The notes below the pieces were generated by a model that was not told where the DNA came from, ran no database searches, and was given only the letters and a program-made list of their open reading frames with translations. This document shows, one piece after another, positions 36,722 through 52,450 of a stretch of 64,000 nt of DNA. Origin of the DNA: Octopus sinensis (Eukaryota); NCBI RefSeq assembly GCF_006345805.1, contig NW_021832432.1:1-64000 (forward strand), in the 5' to 3' direction. Position 1 is the stretch's first letter, and every line of letters begins with the position of its first letter. The position numbers and the translations under genes are program-made.

Positions 36722-37689
36722 ATATATATATAATATATATATACGACGGGCTCCTGTCAGTTTCCGTCTACCACATCCACTCTTATATTATAGCCCGAGG
36801 CTATAGTATAAGACACTTGGCCAAGGTGCCATACAGTGCGACTGAACTCTGAATCATGTAGTTTGGAAGCAAGCTTCTTACCACACAGCCACGCCTGCGC
36901 TTTTCGTCGGCCTCTGTTTTTTTTTTTACCTCGAACTAACAGTGGGAAAAGGCAAAAAAGGGCGCATCTAAGAAATTGGGGTCAATATTCAAACAGGGAG
37001 TGCCGAGTATTGAACCACAATTCAAGCTTATTATTCAATAAGAAAAATGTCAGTTAACTTCCTGCATTATGGCGCTCACCACAACTTGTTCTATATTGTT
37101 TATCGCGTGTATATAGTTTCAGTTTACTAAGTTTATTCTGTAACAAGGATGGTCACTGCAGTATGTTGGCTGCTATATATGTGTATGTGTGTCTTGCGTG
37201 TGTATGTGTGTGTGTGCGCGCTCATGTATGAAAGTCGTACATTTAATCTTAACTTGATAAACGACATAAGTTCCGAGAAAAGAATAAAATAATAAGGTTA
37301 CAATCCTTTTCTGTACGACACAATGCAAGCATATAAATAAATACGTCAATGTATTTATTTATATGCTAGCATATAAGGCCGCAATCTACTCTCACACGCA
37401 GCATCTTTCAGAGCTTGTCGCTAATTCACTTATTAACCAAATTGAAAACTGTTAACATTTTTGAAGAGGACTGATCCCTAGTTACATTTTGGCATTAAAA
37501 AAATTGTGATTTGATCCAATAGAAAAAAGTTTACATTAAAATTTGTAGTAACGTTGTAGGAGAGTAAGACATTTTGGGGACCTTTGGTTTGTGCTAGGGA
37601 TCACGGTGGTCTCACATCCTTGGACCTGCGACTCATTTTGGCACCAGACATCTTGTCCTGACTTGTCTCTGGATAATATCATATATATA

Positions 37690-37756
<67 letters not shown>

Positions 37757-37966
37757 ATATATATACATACATATACATATCCATATATACACACATATAT
37801 ATATACATATATATATGTATACATATATATATAGATACATGTGTGTATGTGTGTGTCTTTTGTCTTGTGTACCCCAACCGCTGTTTCACAACCGCTGTTG
37901 GATGTTTACGTCCAGTAAATATTTATATATATATATATATATTATTATATAATATATATATATATA

Positions 37967-38062
<96 letters not shown>

Positions 38063-38069
38063 TGTATAT

Positions 38070-38115
<46 letters not shown>

Positions 38116-38133
38116 TATATATATTATATATAT

Positions 38134-38163
<30 letters not shown>
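36440..38163. repeat. (TA)/(TG)/(TATG) microsatellite fields (36440-36742, 37680-38163) with SINE A fragments
   Basis: Direct reading. Confidence 0.85.
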
Positions 38164-38165
<2 letters not shown>

Positions 38166-38260
38166 GCTGAGTATCCCGTCGTTGCCGGGACTTTCGGACT
38201 AGCACACCCACGTAAATTGTATTTTCTCCATTTTGACAGGGATTTTTCAAATTTTTTTCC
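38162..38260 (-). mobile_element. Helitron 3'-terminal fragment (second family)
   Basis: Minus strand hairpin TCCCG-GCAACGA-CGGGA then TACTCAGCTAT (CTAG-like end). Confidence 0.55.
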
Positions 38261-38334
38261 ACCACACCCTTGCAAAAGATGGGTGAATGAGAAGCTTCTG
38301 TATGAAAAGCATTTTTGAAATGTTATGAATCGTA

Positions 38335-38740
38335 GGCGTTGGAGTGGCTGTGTGGTATGTAGCTTGCTTACGAACTAGGTGGTTCTGAGTTCAGTCCCAC
38401 CGCGCGGCACCTTGGGCAAGTGTCTTCTACTATAGCCTCGGGCCGACCAAAGCCTTGTGAGTGGATTAGGTAGACGGAAACTGAAAGAAGCCCGTCGTAT
38501 ATATGTATATAAATATATGTATGTGTGTGTATATGTTTGTGTGTCTGTGTTTGCCCCCCCCCTCCAACATCCTTTGACAACTAATCATGGTGTGTTTACG
38601 TCCCCGTAACTTAGCGGTTCGGCAAAAGAGTACAATAGAATAAGTACTTGGCTTACAAAGAATAAGTCTTGAGGTCGATTTGCTCGATTAAAGGCGGTGC
38701 TCCAGCATGGCCACAGTCAAATGACTGAAACAAGTGAAAC
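38335..38740 (+). mobile_element. SINE family A
   Basis: Both halves match 2135-2531. Confidence 0.88.
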
Positions 38741-39116
38741 ACGAAACAATCCTCTCTCCCTACCCCATCCCCTACCAGACCGGTTTTGTCCAATTTTTAT
38801 TTTTGTACTACGCACTTAAAAAGAATGTGAGGCGCTTTTTGGGTTAAAAGAAAAAAAGAAGTTTCATCACTTTCACAGACCAATGACGAAAGCATTGAAA
38901 GAATAAAAACAATATTTGTAAACACCTGAGAGTGAAGAAGAAAAGAGAATATCGACAGTAGCGTTACTCCGAGTTTTTCGTTTGCGCGGAGTGAAACTAA
39001 ACTTTGAATCAGATGGCTGCCTGGGAAACTATTGTATTAGGTTAAGTCACAAATAATCCCCGATTCTGTTAATCACCTCTACTCATGAAAAATTTTTTAC
39101 AAAGATTTATTTTCAA

Positions 39117-39519
39117 CTAGCAGTATCGCCCGGCGTTGCTCGGGTTTGTAAGGGAAATAACTATATAAGCATTTTTAGAGAGTTATAGCCAAAAAATAGC
39201 AAAAAAATGCATTAAAAATGGAAAAAAAATTATGGTAATTTTTGTTTTAAATCGTTGACTCATCGTAGACATTTTTAGAGAGTTACTTCCCTTATATAAT
39301 AGCGAAAAGAATGCATTAAAATGGAAAAAAATGATGGTAAATTGTTTTTTAAATCGTAGACTCATCGTAGACGCGCGCTAATACCTAGAAGGGCTCGATA
39401 TGAATCACGACTATAAGATACCCGGTTTTGGTTAAACTGCACCGCAAAATGTGGGAGTAGTTAGGAATTTAAATCGTAGGAGACAGACACTCACACAACT
39501 TCACTTTTATATATAAAGA
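39117..39519 (-). mobile_element. Non-autonomous Helitron, 403 bp
   Basis: 5' TC, 3' CTAG with CCCG/CGGG hairpin, inserted between A and T, no TSD. Confidence 0.93.
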
Positions 39520-40559
39520 TTATCAATATAGTTGAACAATATCTTGAATGATATCTTGCCATTTATCGGCTAGCTTTTTGATTCCTCTTGAATAAAACTC
39601 AGCTAGCTTCGACATGAAGAAGCTTTTCACATACGTCTTCATCTGATCTTTTTAAGAAAATGTTTTCCCCGTCAGTGCATTTTGCAGAGAACGAAAAAGA
39701 CAGAAATCAATTCACGCAAGTTTTGGCAAATATGGTGGATGGTGTAGAACAGACCAACCAAAATACAACATTTTATCCTGCGTCATTCTTGCTGAATGTA
39801 GTTTTCCGTTATCATGAAGACGCTCAACGTTTCTCCTATTGACGAGTGCAGGGCATTTTCTTAAAAGATTTCCATGCAGACGTTGCAGCTGTTGAAAGTA
39901 TAAGTTGGTATTAAGTGTTTGATTGTGGTTTAAAACTCAAAATGAATAATATCGCGGTGATTCCACCGTACACAAAACATAACCTTTCCATGGAGCTCAG
40001 TCTTTGAGGTAGGTTGTGAAGATTTATCTTTGTCAATCCATTGCCTTTTGCGTTGAACGTTGACATAAAAGACCTATTTTTCATCACCTGTAATATTATT
40101 GAGAAACGGGTCATTTCTCTGCCTTGAGAAAAGACTTGTCTCTATGGACATGCGATCTTTCCTATTCTTCGCACTAAGAGTACGGGGAACCTATACCCCC
40201 CAGCTTGCTGACTTTTCCTATCTTTTCCAAGGGGCGGCAGATGATGGATTGAGAAGTGTTGAGGCCAATTGCTAATTCCTGTGTACTTTTACGAGGATTG
40301 AATTCCACTCATTATCTTAAAGCATCTTGATCGAAGTCTGATGAAATTTCAGGTCTGAGTTGATCTCTCATTGATAAATCTCCGGACCGAAATTTTAAAA
40401 ACCAATTTCTCACTTGCCGGTCAGTAATGACACCATGACCATAATCACTACATATTTTCTTAGCTGTTTCTGTGGCGTTTTTCCCATTCTTAACTCCCCA
40501 CAACAACATATGTCGAATATACACTTTCAGTTCATCCATTTTAGGTGGGGTGAAATTTA

Positions 40560-41280
40560 TGAGGGGATGCTGAAAAGTTCATTGCTTTAAGGGTATCGCG
40601 AAAGGCCTGGTTGAAGGCCCAACTTCCGAGTTCTTTTACAGGGCTTAGAAAAACTGAAGGACCGCTACAATAAGTGAGTGAATCTGAGAGGGGAATATCT
40701 ATATATATAAAACTCTAGTTGTGTGAGTGTCTGTCCCCTTCGATTTAGATTCCTAACTCCTCCCACATTTTGCGGTGCAGTTTAACCAAATTCGGGTATC
40801 TTATAGTCGTGATTCATATCGAGCCCGTCTGAGTATTAGCGCGCGTCAACGATGAGTCTACGATTTTAAAAATAATTTAACATCATTTTTTATTCCATTT
40901 TAATGCATAAAATGCATCGTATGTCGATGGCGGCGGAGTTGGCGTCCACGCTCACAGCTGCACCTGTTTGCTTCTCCCCCTCCCTCCCTCGTGAAGCTGT
41001 GGGGAAGGGAGTGTAAAGAAATCAACGTCGTAATGCGTTGTGAAGGAAACCAGCGTTCTTTTAGAACAACGACTTCATGGCTTGAAGACACCAAAACAAA
41101 AATGGCTAAGAAAGCCCGAATTTATAAGGGAAGTAACTCTCTAAAAATGCTTAAATAGTTATTTCCCTTACAAACCCGAGCAACGCCGGGCGATACTGCT
41201 AGTGTTGAATAAAACTGTAACTAACTGATCCTCCTGTATTTTCTTTTACCCAAAGCCAAGAACTTCTCAGCACGCCCTCG
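40560..41280. mobile_element. Mariner-type MITE (about 216 bp net) split by a Helitron
   Basis: TIRs TGAGGGGATGCTGAAAAGTTC / GAACTTCTCAGCACGCCCTCG, TA both sides. Confidence 0.85.
40698..41202 (+). mobile_element. Non-autonomous Helitron, 505 bp, with distinct interior
   Basis: GGGAATA|TC...CCCGAGCAACGCCGGG...CTAG|TGTTGAATA. Confidence 0.93.
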
Positions 41281-41699
41281 TAATATTAAACTATGATGTG
41301 CACGTTTTCACTTCTTAAATATGAATGACAAATGAAGCTCTTTTAAAAACGGTAGTTTCCATTTCAATTTTAAACAAGTGAAATTCGAAATGCATCTTTA
41401 CAATTTATTTCCCAAAAAAGCTCGACCTAATACAATAAATCTACTTTTTGCTCAGAGCATTCCGAATAAATAGAAAACAGATGCAACGTTTCTTTCGAAG
41501 GTCATTAATGCTATAAATGAACAAACCTGAAAATATCTCCCACTGGGAAATGAAACCATATCCCTGGTTGGTCTAGTTGGCAGTTTTGATAACTGACAGA
41601 AAGCCTCTAGCTACTTCGATTTACAAATATCGATTCATACGCTAGGAATGCTTCCAATTTTATCAACAACCGTGTTATGTCATCTGTAACTGTGTTTAT

Positions 41700-44062
<2,363 letters not shown>

Positions 44063-45026
44063 GACCGTCTGCATGTTTTAGGCATTGATTGGGTCACACC
44101 TCTTACTTGCATTTCAAAGAAAACTGTTTATATACTATTTTGTGGCGTCCAGACATGCTAAGGGAAAGATGGAAAATGACCGACGGAAGGTGAGTAGAAC
44201 AAAAGTGTTTCGATGGGAGAGCTTAGTCAAAGAGAAGAAAGCGGTCGAAAGATTTAGGCAGGTGCTAAGTGGCCATAGATTTGGCAGAGATCTGGCAGTT
44301 GAATGGCAAGTGAAAGAGAGGCGAGAATGGAAACATTTACTCCATCCATCCATCCAGTTGTTGCGGATCATAGTTTCATGATTTCAAATCCCGCTCATAT
44401 CATATATATTTGTATATATGCTCTTTCCTATACGTAAAGATGTAAAAAGATGATCGGTAAGCAAGAAAGAAGTAAATTAAATTGACATGGCCAATAAAGA
44501 AATTGATAATGTGGGTGTAGTTGATCCCTACCGGCAAACAGAGATCAAATTGTCCTTTCCTTAACATGCACATCATCTCAAGAATTTATCCTTAATTTCT
44601 GGAAATTATCTTCTCTTTCACTTGGGAGATACTTACAAATGCCGTTAAACTTCATTTCTTTATCTAACCTCAGCAGGAGATTTCAGTACATTAAGAACTT
44701 ATTGTGTACGACATTCAGTGCAACTCACTTAGCTTATACGCGCGCGCATCGGGCATTCACTAACACACACTCATATACACATACATGCGTATAAATGTGT
44801 TCATATATATATGTATATATATATATATACACTGGTCAAAATAAATTTAAGACCGATGATAAAAGTTCTATTTCTTACAAAATATGTTGTTACTAACTCC
44901 TTACAAATTATTTTTATCTTTTACACCTTATGCAGAATTTATTTCTCTTTCGAATGATGCAGACAATAACTATTTTTATACAACTTAACTTTTTATCAGT
45001 CTTAAATATATTTTCGCCAGTGTGTG

Positions 45027-45058
<32 letters not shown>

Positions 45059-45569
45059 ATTTGTGTGTGTGTGGAGTTTAACGCAGGTGTAATTCAAATT
45101 CTTTTACTTCCGACACATGTTTCGAAGATATCACTGATATTATTCTAAAGGAATAAAATGGTGTAAAACAATGTAATCTTCTCTTCAGGGAAGTGAAGAA
45201 ATGAAACTCGTCAATAAGACATTTTAACAGAAAAGAATGGATATGTATAGTGATTAACTGAACACTATTAATATTGTTTAAAAAAACGTTATAGGATATA
45301 AACGTCAGAGGTAGCCTATAGAAAAAGGAGGGATAAAGTAAAGAAAAACTAAATAAATGAGAAGTATATGACTATATGTATATTAAATAAAACCTTATAG
45401 ACTAGGAAAGATATATATCAAGTGAATATGAAATGTAAAAAGAAAATTAATGTTTAAATTATATATAACGGCTGTGCATCAGAATGGCCGCAGCTCTGAG
45501 CTGAAACTAGAGAGAGAAAATATGCTAGAGATCACTTATATGAACTAAAGGTGTGTTTTTGCCAATGTT

Positions 45570-46190
45570 TACATCGATATGCACGCTCTATAACCGTGTT
45601 TACAGGGGGTTTTTTAGAAACAAAAGAGTGAAAAATAGTTCAGAATTACTGAGAAGACAGAATTTCTTGCCTTTGTCATAAGGTATCGAGATTGAGAGAA
45701 TGAAACAATCTAAATTAAACTGTTTATTGTGGTCTTTTAGATCTCAAATTAATTTACTAAGCCCTATACTGTTACGTTTATTCCTGTCCCTAAATGTCGA
45801 GTTATGAGTAGAAATTCTACTAGATAACTTTGAAGACGTGCTTCCAATATAAAAATATACTTGATTATGAGTAGTAATTTCATACTGGTTTATAGAATTT
45901 TTAATTTTAGAGTTACTTGTCATAAACTTGAGTTTGTTGGAATTGACTTCAGATGCAATAACTTTGGTATTAATAATTCTAGATGGATGGATGGTATTAG
46001 CTAAATCAATGTTAGTATTAGTAAATGTATTAATATTTAACAGGTTGGTATTATGTGAAGATATAATTTGTAAGAGATTTTTAGATTCGTGAAGCTATTA
46101 TTAGGAATTTTCCAAAGAATTCTAGGTATTACTGTATTATCAACCCACAAAAGGTTAGGATTGGTTTTTCCAACGCTAAAAATCTTGATA
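45570..46190 (-). pseudogene. Penelope-like (Neptune-type) GIY-YIG ORF relic
   Basis: YFYIGSTSSKLSSRISTHNSTF...LSKLI*DLK...FCLLSNSE matches YIGxT...RxxxHxxSF...LSxxIWxLK...CxLCxxE. Confidence 0.78.
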
Positions 46191-46384
46191 TTTACATTTC
46201 ACTGGATGGAGTACATTTTTTGTTGATTCTACCAACATTGGATCTATAAACTATATGTGTGTGTGTACATGTATATATGTATATAGGCATATATAAGTAT
46301 GCGTCCATATATGTGTGTGTATGCATGCATAGACGTAATGTGTGTGTAGATATACATGTATATGTGTGTGTGCTTGAGAGTATG

Positions 46385-46805
46385 TGTAAGAGTGGCTGTG
46401 TGGTTAAAAGCTTGCTTCCCGACCACATGGTTCGGGGTTCAGTCCCTCTGCGAGTCACCTTGGACAAGTGCTTTCTTCTATAACCTCGGGCTGACCAAAG
46501 CCTTGTGAGTAGATTTGGTGGACAGAAACTGAAAGAAGCCCGTCGTATACATGTGTATGTGTGTGTGCGCGCGCGTGTGTGCATGTGTGTGTCTTTGTGT
46601 CAGTGTTTGTCTCCATCCACCACCACCGCTTGACGACCGGTGTAGGTGTGTTTACATCTCCTTAACATTGCGGTTCGGCTTAAGTAACCAATAAAACAAT
46701 CACCAGTCTTTTTAAACAAACAACTATTGCGGTTCGTACATTCTACTAAAAATTCCTCCGGGCGGTGCCCCAAGACGGCCGCAGTCTGAAACAAGCAAAG
46801 CAAAA
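46385..46805 (+). mobile_element. SINE family A, diverged
   Basis: Both halves recognisable. Confidence 0.8.
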
Positions 46806-47223
46806 AAGATAAATGTGTGTATTCGTGTGTGTATGTGTGTGTGTGTATATATGTGTGTGAGTGTGAGTGTGAGTGCGTATGTGTATGTAGGGGGGGGGTT
46901 GTATATGTGCATATACGTAGGTGTTTATAAGTTTATGACCTAACGAGTATATATAAATCTATACAATCAGTCAAATCTAGTTTTTTTTTGTTTTGTTTTG
47001 TTCTTTTATTTCTTAATTTCTATTAGATTATCTGTCTTATCTTCACAAAAGCCAACGCAAAAAATCAAACATTTCTAAGGGTAATAAAGAGAGACTGGGG
47101 GTGATTACGTTTTATATATGTCTATTAATGTGTCTATCACCGTACACTTATCTGAGTCGACCTAGTTGTCCAGGTATCTATTTTTTTATATCTGTACTCA
47201 GGTGTGCGTCTATAGATGAGTGT

Positions 47224-47365
<142 letters not shown>

Positions 47366-47617
47366 ATGTATGTATACATGTATGTATGTATATCACCTGT
47401 GCGTGTAATGCGTAGGTGTGTGTTTATTATGTGGGTGTGTGAATACATACGTACATGTACATCTGTATATCTAGGTATAGTTCCGCTTTTCAACCACATT
47501 GTCCCAGGTTCGGTTCCACTGCATGGCACCTTTGGCAAGTGTCTTCTACTATAGCCTCTCGAGCAAACCAGAGCCTTGTGAGGGAATTTGGTAGACGAAA
47601 ACTAAAAGAAACCTGTC

Positions 47618-47654
<37 letters not shown>

Positions 47655-47660
<6 letters not shown>

Positions 47661-47947
47661 CGTGACCGACCAGGCAATCAGATGTTGCTACATATCTCTG
47701 GTCACAATGCGTTTCGCATTGTTTTAGCCTTCAAATGACGCCACCCCGCTGGCTAAGCGAGCAGGCCAACAGAAGAAAGAGTGAGAGAAAGTTATGGCGA
47801 AACAGTACAGCAGGGATCACCACCACCCCCTGCCGGAGCCACGTGGAGCTTTAGGTGTTTTCGCTCACAAAGCCCGGTCTAGGAATCGAAACCACGATCT
47901 ACAACCGCGAGTCCGCTGCCCTAACCACTGGGCCATTGCGCCTCCAC
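47655..47947 (-). mobile_element. SINE family C with tail beta
   Basis: Tail matches 6308-6440. Confidence 0.88.
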
Positions 47948-47967
47948 ATGTATGTATGTATGTATGT

Positions 47968-48040
<73 letters not shown>

Positions 48041-48070
48041 TAATATATATATATATATATAATATATATA

Positions 48071-48123
<53 letters not shown>

Positions 48124-48254
48124 ACAAGTCAAATTGCGATAAAATAAAATTAATTATTATCGCTGGTGAAACTAGCTCAGGCCATATATTATTCATATAT
48201 CAGTACATTAAAAGGCGAAATATCTGTTTTAGGCGAAATATCCGAAATATATAT

Positions 48255-48292
<38 letters not shown>

Positions 48293-48389
48293 ACGGGAAG
48301 CTTTATGAAAATAAACAAAAGACGAAGGCAGGTGGAAAACAAACGAACAATTGTATTAGTATGGCGCTCAGGAAATATAAATAAAACAA

Positions 48390-48428
48390 GTCTTTAACGT
48401 TTCGAGCCTACGCTCTTCAACAGAAAGA
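48390..48428 (-). ncRNA. Minimal type-I hammerhead motif, A6U core (CUGUUGA)
   Basis: TCTTT-CTGTTGA-a-GAGC(gtag)GCTC-GAAA-CG-TT-AAAGA. Confidence 0.7.
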
Positions 48429-49119
48429 TACACAGAGAGAGAAAAACACAGAAAGAAGGAGAGAAAAAAAATGCGTGCAGTAGCTAACGAATCAACATTA
48501 CATATATGGGTACGTGTGTGAGTGTGTGTATGTGCGCGTGCGCGTTTGTGTGTATGTATGTGCCCCACCTCCTCTTGACAGCCAGTGCTGATTTACGTCG
48601 CCGTAACTTAGGGGTTAGGCGGTAAAAAAACGGATAGACTAAGTACCGGGCTTACAAGAATAAGTACTGAGGCGATTTGTTCGATTAAACCAAGGGTGGG
48701 GAACCAGTGGCCTTCTAGGCCCTTATATGTGGCCTCTGGGATAAATCCAAATTTTGTAGAACAAATCTTTTATTGTTACTAATATGTTTTTGTTCGTCTT
48801 TTATTATTTTTATTTTATCCTTAAAATGAACGTATTTGAAAAATTCCAAAGAGTAAAGGAAAACCTCAACGAATTAATTCTCACTGAGTGACCACCACAA
48901 TTTAAAAATTGATAAGTCATAAGGGCTATTTCGACACCTGCTACCCTCATGGTTTATATATTAGCGACATAGTATTAATACGGAGAGGTAATATTTATCC
49001 CCATTTAAATGTAGTTGTTCTGTTATAACAAACTATACTGCGATAGTTAGCTAATGACTGGAACTGAAGCCATTAAATTCTAGTTTGATAGTTAAAAAAA
49101 AAAAACAATAAACGTCGCC

Positions 49120-50075
49120 CTTTTCAAGCCTAGCCAGGTTCATGGGCCCGGTTTCCGGTTTCTGTGGCGTATGTGTCCGCCCACCAGCCGGACGGGACGC
49201 TAGTCCATCGCAGCGTTATTCAAGAAACAGGAAGAGAGAGAGTGAAAGAAAGTTGTGGCGAAAGACTGCAACATGGGTCGCCACCCCACCTCTGCCGGAG
49301 CCTTGTGGGGCTTTTTAGGTGTTTTCGCTCAATAAACACCCAGAACGCCCGGTCTGGGAATCAAAACCGCGATCCTCCAACCGCGAGTCCGCTGCCCTAA
49401 CCACTGGGCCATTGCGCCTCCACAGTTTGATAATTATACATCTGAAATACTAAAACGCGTAGGAAAGAACTAAACGTAAAGTTTGTTCAAAGAGAACATC
49501 CACATTTAAATTTGAATAAACATTATCTCTCGGCATTAATACTGCTTCTATTGATAATATACGATTTTTAACAAGCTCAGTGGTTAATCGTGACACCAGC
49601 GCCTGTTCTGGCACTGCTTTTTTTTTTTAATATCGCTGGCGGGGAGAGATGAGACGCTGCTCTTTTTAGCGGTCGATCGTCCATCATTGACGAGACCAGG
49701 GAAGGTCGAAATTACGTGATCTGGTGATGTCGGCACTGGAAATGGCGGGGATATATCTCCCCGCTAGGAAGCACAATGGCCCAGTGGTTAGGACAGCGGA
49801 CTCGCGGTCGGAGGATCGCGGTTTCGATTACCAGACCGGGCGTTGTATGTGTTCATTGAGCGAAAACACATAAAAGCTCCGTGATGCTCCGGCAGGGGGT
49901 GGTGGCGACCCCTGTTGTACTCTTTCGCCACAACTTTCTCTCGCTCTCTCTTCCTGTTTCTTGAGTAACGCTGCAACGGACTGGCGTCCCGTCCAGCAGC
50001 GTGGAACACATACGCCACAGAAACCGGGAAACCGGGCCCGTGAGCCTGGCTAGGCTTGAAAAGAGCGTAAAAAAA
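49120..50075. mobile_element. Head-to-head family C SINEs, tail gamma (49120-49423 -, 49768-50075 +)
   Basis: First has TSD AGTTTGATA (49082-49090, 49424-49432). Confidence 0.88.
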
Positions 50076-50440
50076 AATCTCCTTGCTGCGATATAAACTA
50101 GCGTGCATTTTGCACCAAAAGCCAATATGAGAGATTCTCTTATTGTAACTGCCGCAGTATAGTTTGTTCTATTAGAACATTCATGTGGGGATACATATTA
50201 CAGCTTATGATTTAGTTGTAATGCGACTCTAGATTGCACGTTGATTTCTCCGCCTCATTGATGCCACGACTGTCCGAGGCTGATTAGCGAGAGCCCATGA
50301 CAAACCAGTACACCGGTGATTATCAGCTTGTGGCAACGGTGCACGTGGATTTCCATTTGAAGAATAGTTATACAGCCTGGCCGTATGTGTATATTTGCTT
50401 TATTTTATTCTTTTTTATTTTGTCTGTTTAACAGTCCATC

Positions 50441-52450
50441 ATGTCACAGAAGACCAAGAGAACGCTGAAGGAAGAAAACGGTGGTTTTAATGAGGATTGG
50501 AAAATGCAATATTATTTTTTGTCTACTAGAGATAAGTTGATTTGCTTTGTTTGTGATACTACAATATCAACATTGAAGAAATTCAATGCTCATCAGCATT
50601 ATGTCACATATAAGGACCACAAATATTTCTAATTAGAAGGAGGGGTGCAAAAGGCTCCATTGCAGAAATTAAAAGATTCAAAGCAAAAGCAAAGACGGTT
50701 ATTTCAAGCAGTTGTAAAAAATAGTCGGAAATAAAGCCACTGAAATAATTTATAAAGTAGCTTATATACACTCACGGCGGCGAGCTGGTAGAAACGTTAG
50801 CACGCTGGGCGAAATTCGTCTGTCGTTACGTTCCGAGTTCAAATTCCGCCGAGGTCGACTTTGCCTTTCATCCTTTCGGGGTCGATAAATTAAGTACCAG
50901 TTATGCACTGGGGTCGATGTAATCGACTTAATCCCTTTGTCTGTCCTTGTTTGTCCCCTCTGTGTTTAGCCCCTTGTGGGTAGTAAAGAAATATATATAC
51001 ACTCACGGAAAAAAAAGGGGGAAGCCAATCAGAGATGTGGAAATCATAAAAGAATAGCGTTATCGAAATTTTAGGATGCTTAGACCCCGATAAGGTTTTG
51101 AAGTACAAACAACTGCCTCTTTCAAAGAGAACCATAACTGATCGGCAGCATGAATTAGCCCTCAACGTAACAGAACAACACACAATATTCCAAAAGGAAA
51201 TTATATGTTATTATTCGATCGCTTTGGCTGAATCAATTGATACTGTTGACTCAGCATAGGTTTTTATACTTCATTCGGGCCATAACAGAAGATTTTGTTT
51301 GCTACGAAGAGTTACCGACTTAGGGCATTCTTACGGGTAGAACACGAGGAATAGATGTCTTCACAAACTTTCAAAATAAATGTGAATTTGATCTGAATTT
51401 GGTTAATTTAGTGAGTGTATGTACAGATGGTGCACTTTCCATGACAGGAAAACATAAAGAGTTTATTGCGCGGATAAAAAAAAGTGTTATCAGATCCGGA
51501 TGATCTCATCTCTTTTCATTGTATCGTACATCAGCGAAATTACTGTGCTAAATCTACTATTCTAAGTAACTCTTTGCAACAAGTTGTAAGTATTGTTAAC
51601 TATATTCGTGCAAATACAACACGGCATCGTCAGTTCCGATGAGGTATTCAGGGTGGATTTTCCGTTTCATTCTAAATTGTGTTGGCTATCGTAGGGACAG
51701 GTGTTAGGAAAATGTTTATCGTTGCAAGAACAGATAATTAAATTTTATGAAGAACAGAATCAGCAATGTGAATTATTGAAGGAAGATTTCTATACAAATG
51801 CTACATTTTGTGAAATCATCTCAAAGCATAAGAACTTGAATATTTCTTTGCAAGCTAAAACTAAGTCTATATATGATATGTGGTGAAAAATCCAAGTATT
51901 TCGGAAAAAAAGCTATCATTTTTCAAAACTCTTGTTCTTCAAAAGGAAATTTCGGATGAACATTTTCCCCAGTTAGCAAGGGTTAGTAAGGATTCATGCA
52001 AATCATCTGAAGAATACGCAGCTGTTATAGACTTATTAATTGGGTAATACAATGAAAGGTTCATTGACCCTGAGAATCATGACATCACACTCAAATTAGC
52101 ATTTCAACCTCAACTAGTTGATGTTTCCAGGGCTCCTAAAGAACTGCAGATGGAATTAATTGTGTTCTCAGAAGATGACATTTTAAAGTCCCTATTTGAC
52201 GTTAAGAAAGACCCAGCTGAAACATGGCAAAATGAAATAGAATATCTAATCCTTCGGCAACATGCACGATAAATGTTCTCCGGCTTGTCAATCACTTACT
52301 GCTGCGAATATACAATTTCCTACCTAACCAAAATCAAAACACCCTTAAGGTTACAAATGGCGGATACTCATATAGAGGATCGACTGAAACTTCAGATCAC
52401 TACGCTGCAACCAAATATTCAAATGCTTTCCTACAAAAAGTAGTCCCAAC
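50441..52450 (+). pseudogene. hAT transposase pseudogene (BED-like zinc finger + DDE)
   Basis: FNEDWKMQYYF...LICFVC...HQHYVTYKDH; CTDGA; FHCIVHQ; many stops and frameshifts; SINE B insertion 50778-50993 with TSD TATATACACTCACGG. Confidence 0.9.

Larger units (their letters stand above)
39037..41430 (-). mobile_element. Decayed mariner transposon carrying three nested insertions
   Basis: MDELKVYIRHMLLW...NWFLKFRSGD (HTH, ATG 40539), ITGDEK, HDNGKLH, HPPYLPKLA; TA-flanked TTAGGT ends; about 1.27 kb net after removing inserts. Confidence 0.85.

Noticed and set aside
44085-44381. 98-aa ORF MIGSHLL...RKVSRTKVFRWESL
   Set aside because: No recognisable motif or splice signals; probably an old LINE remnant
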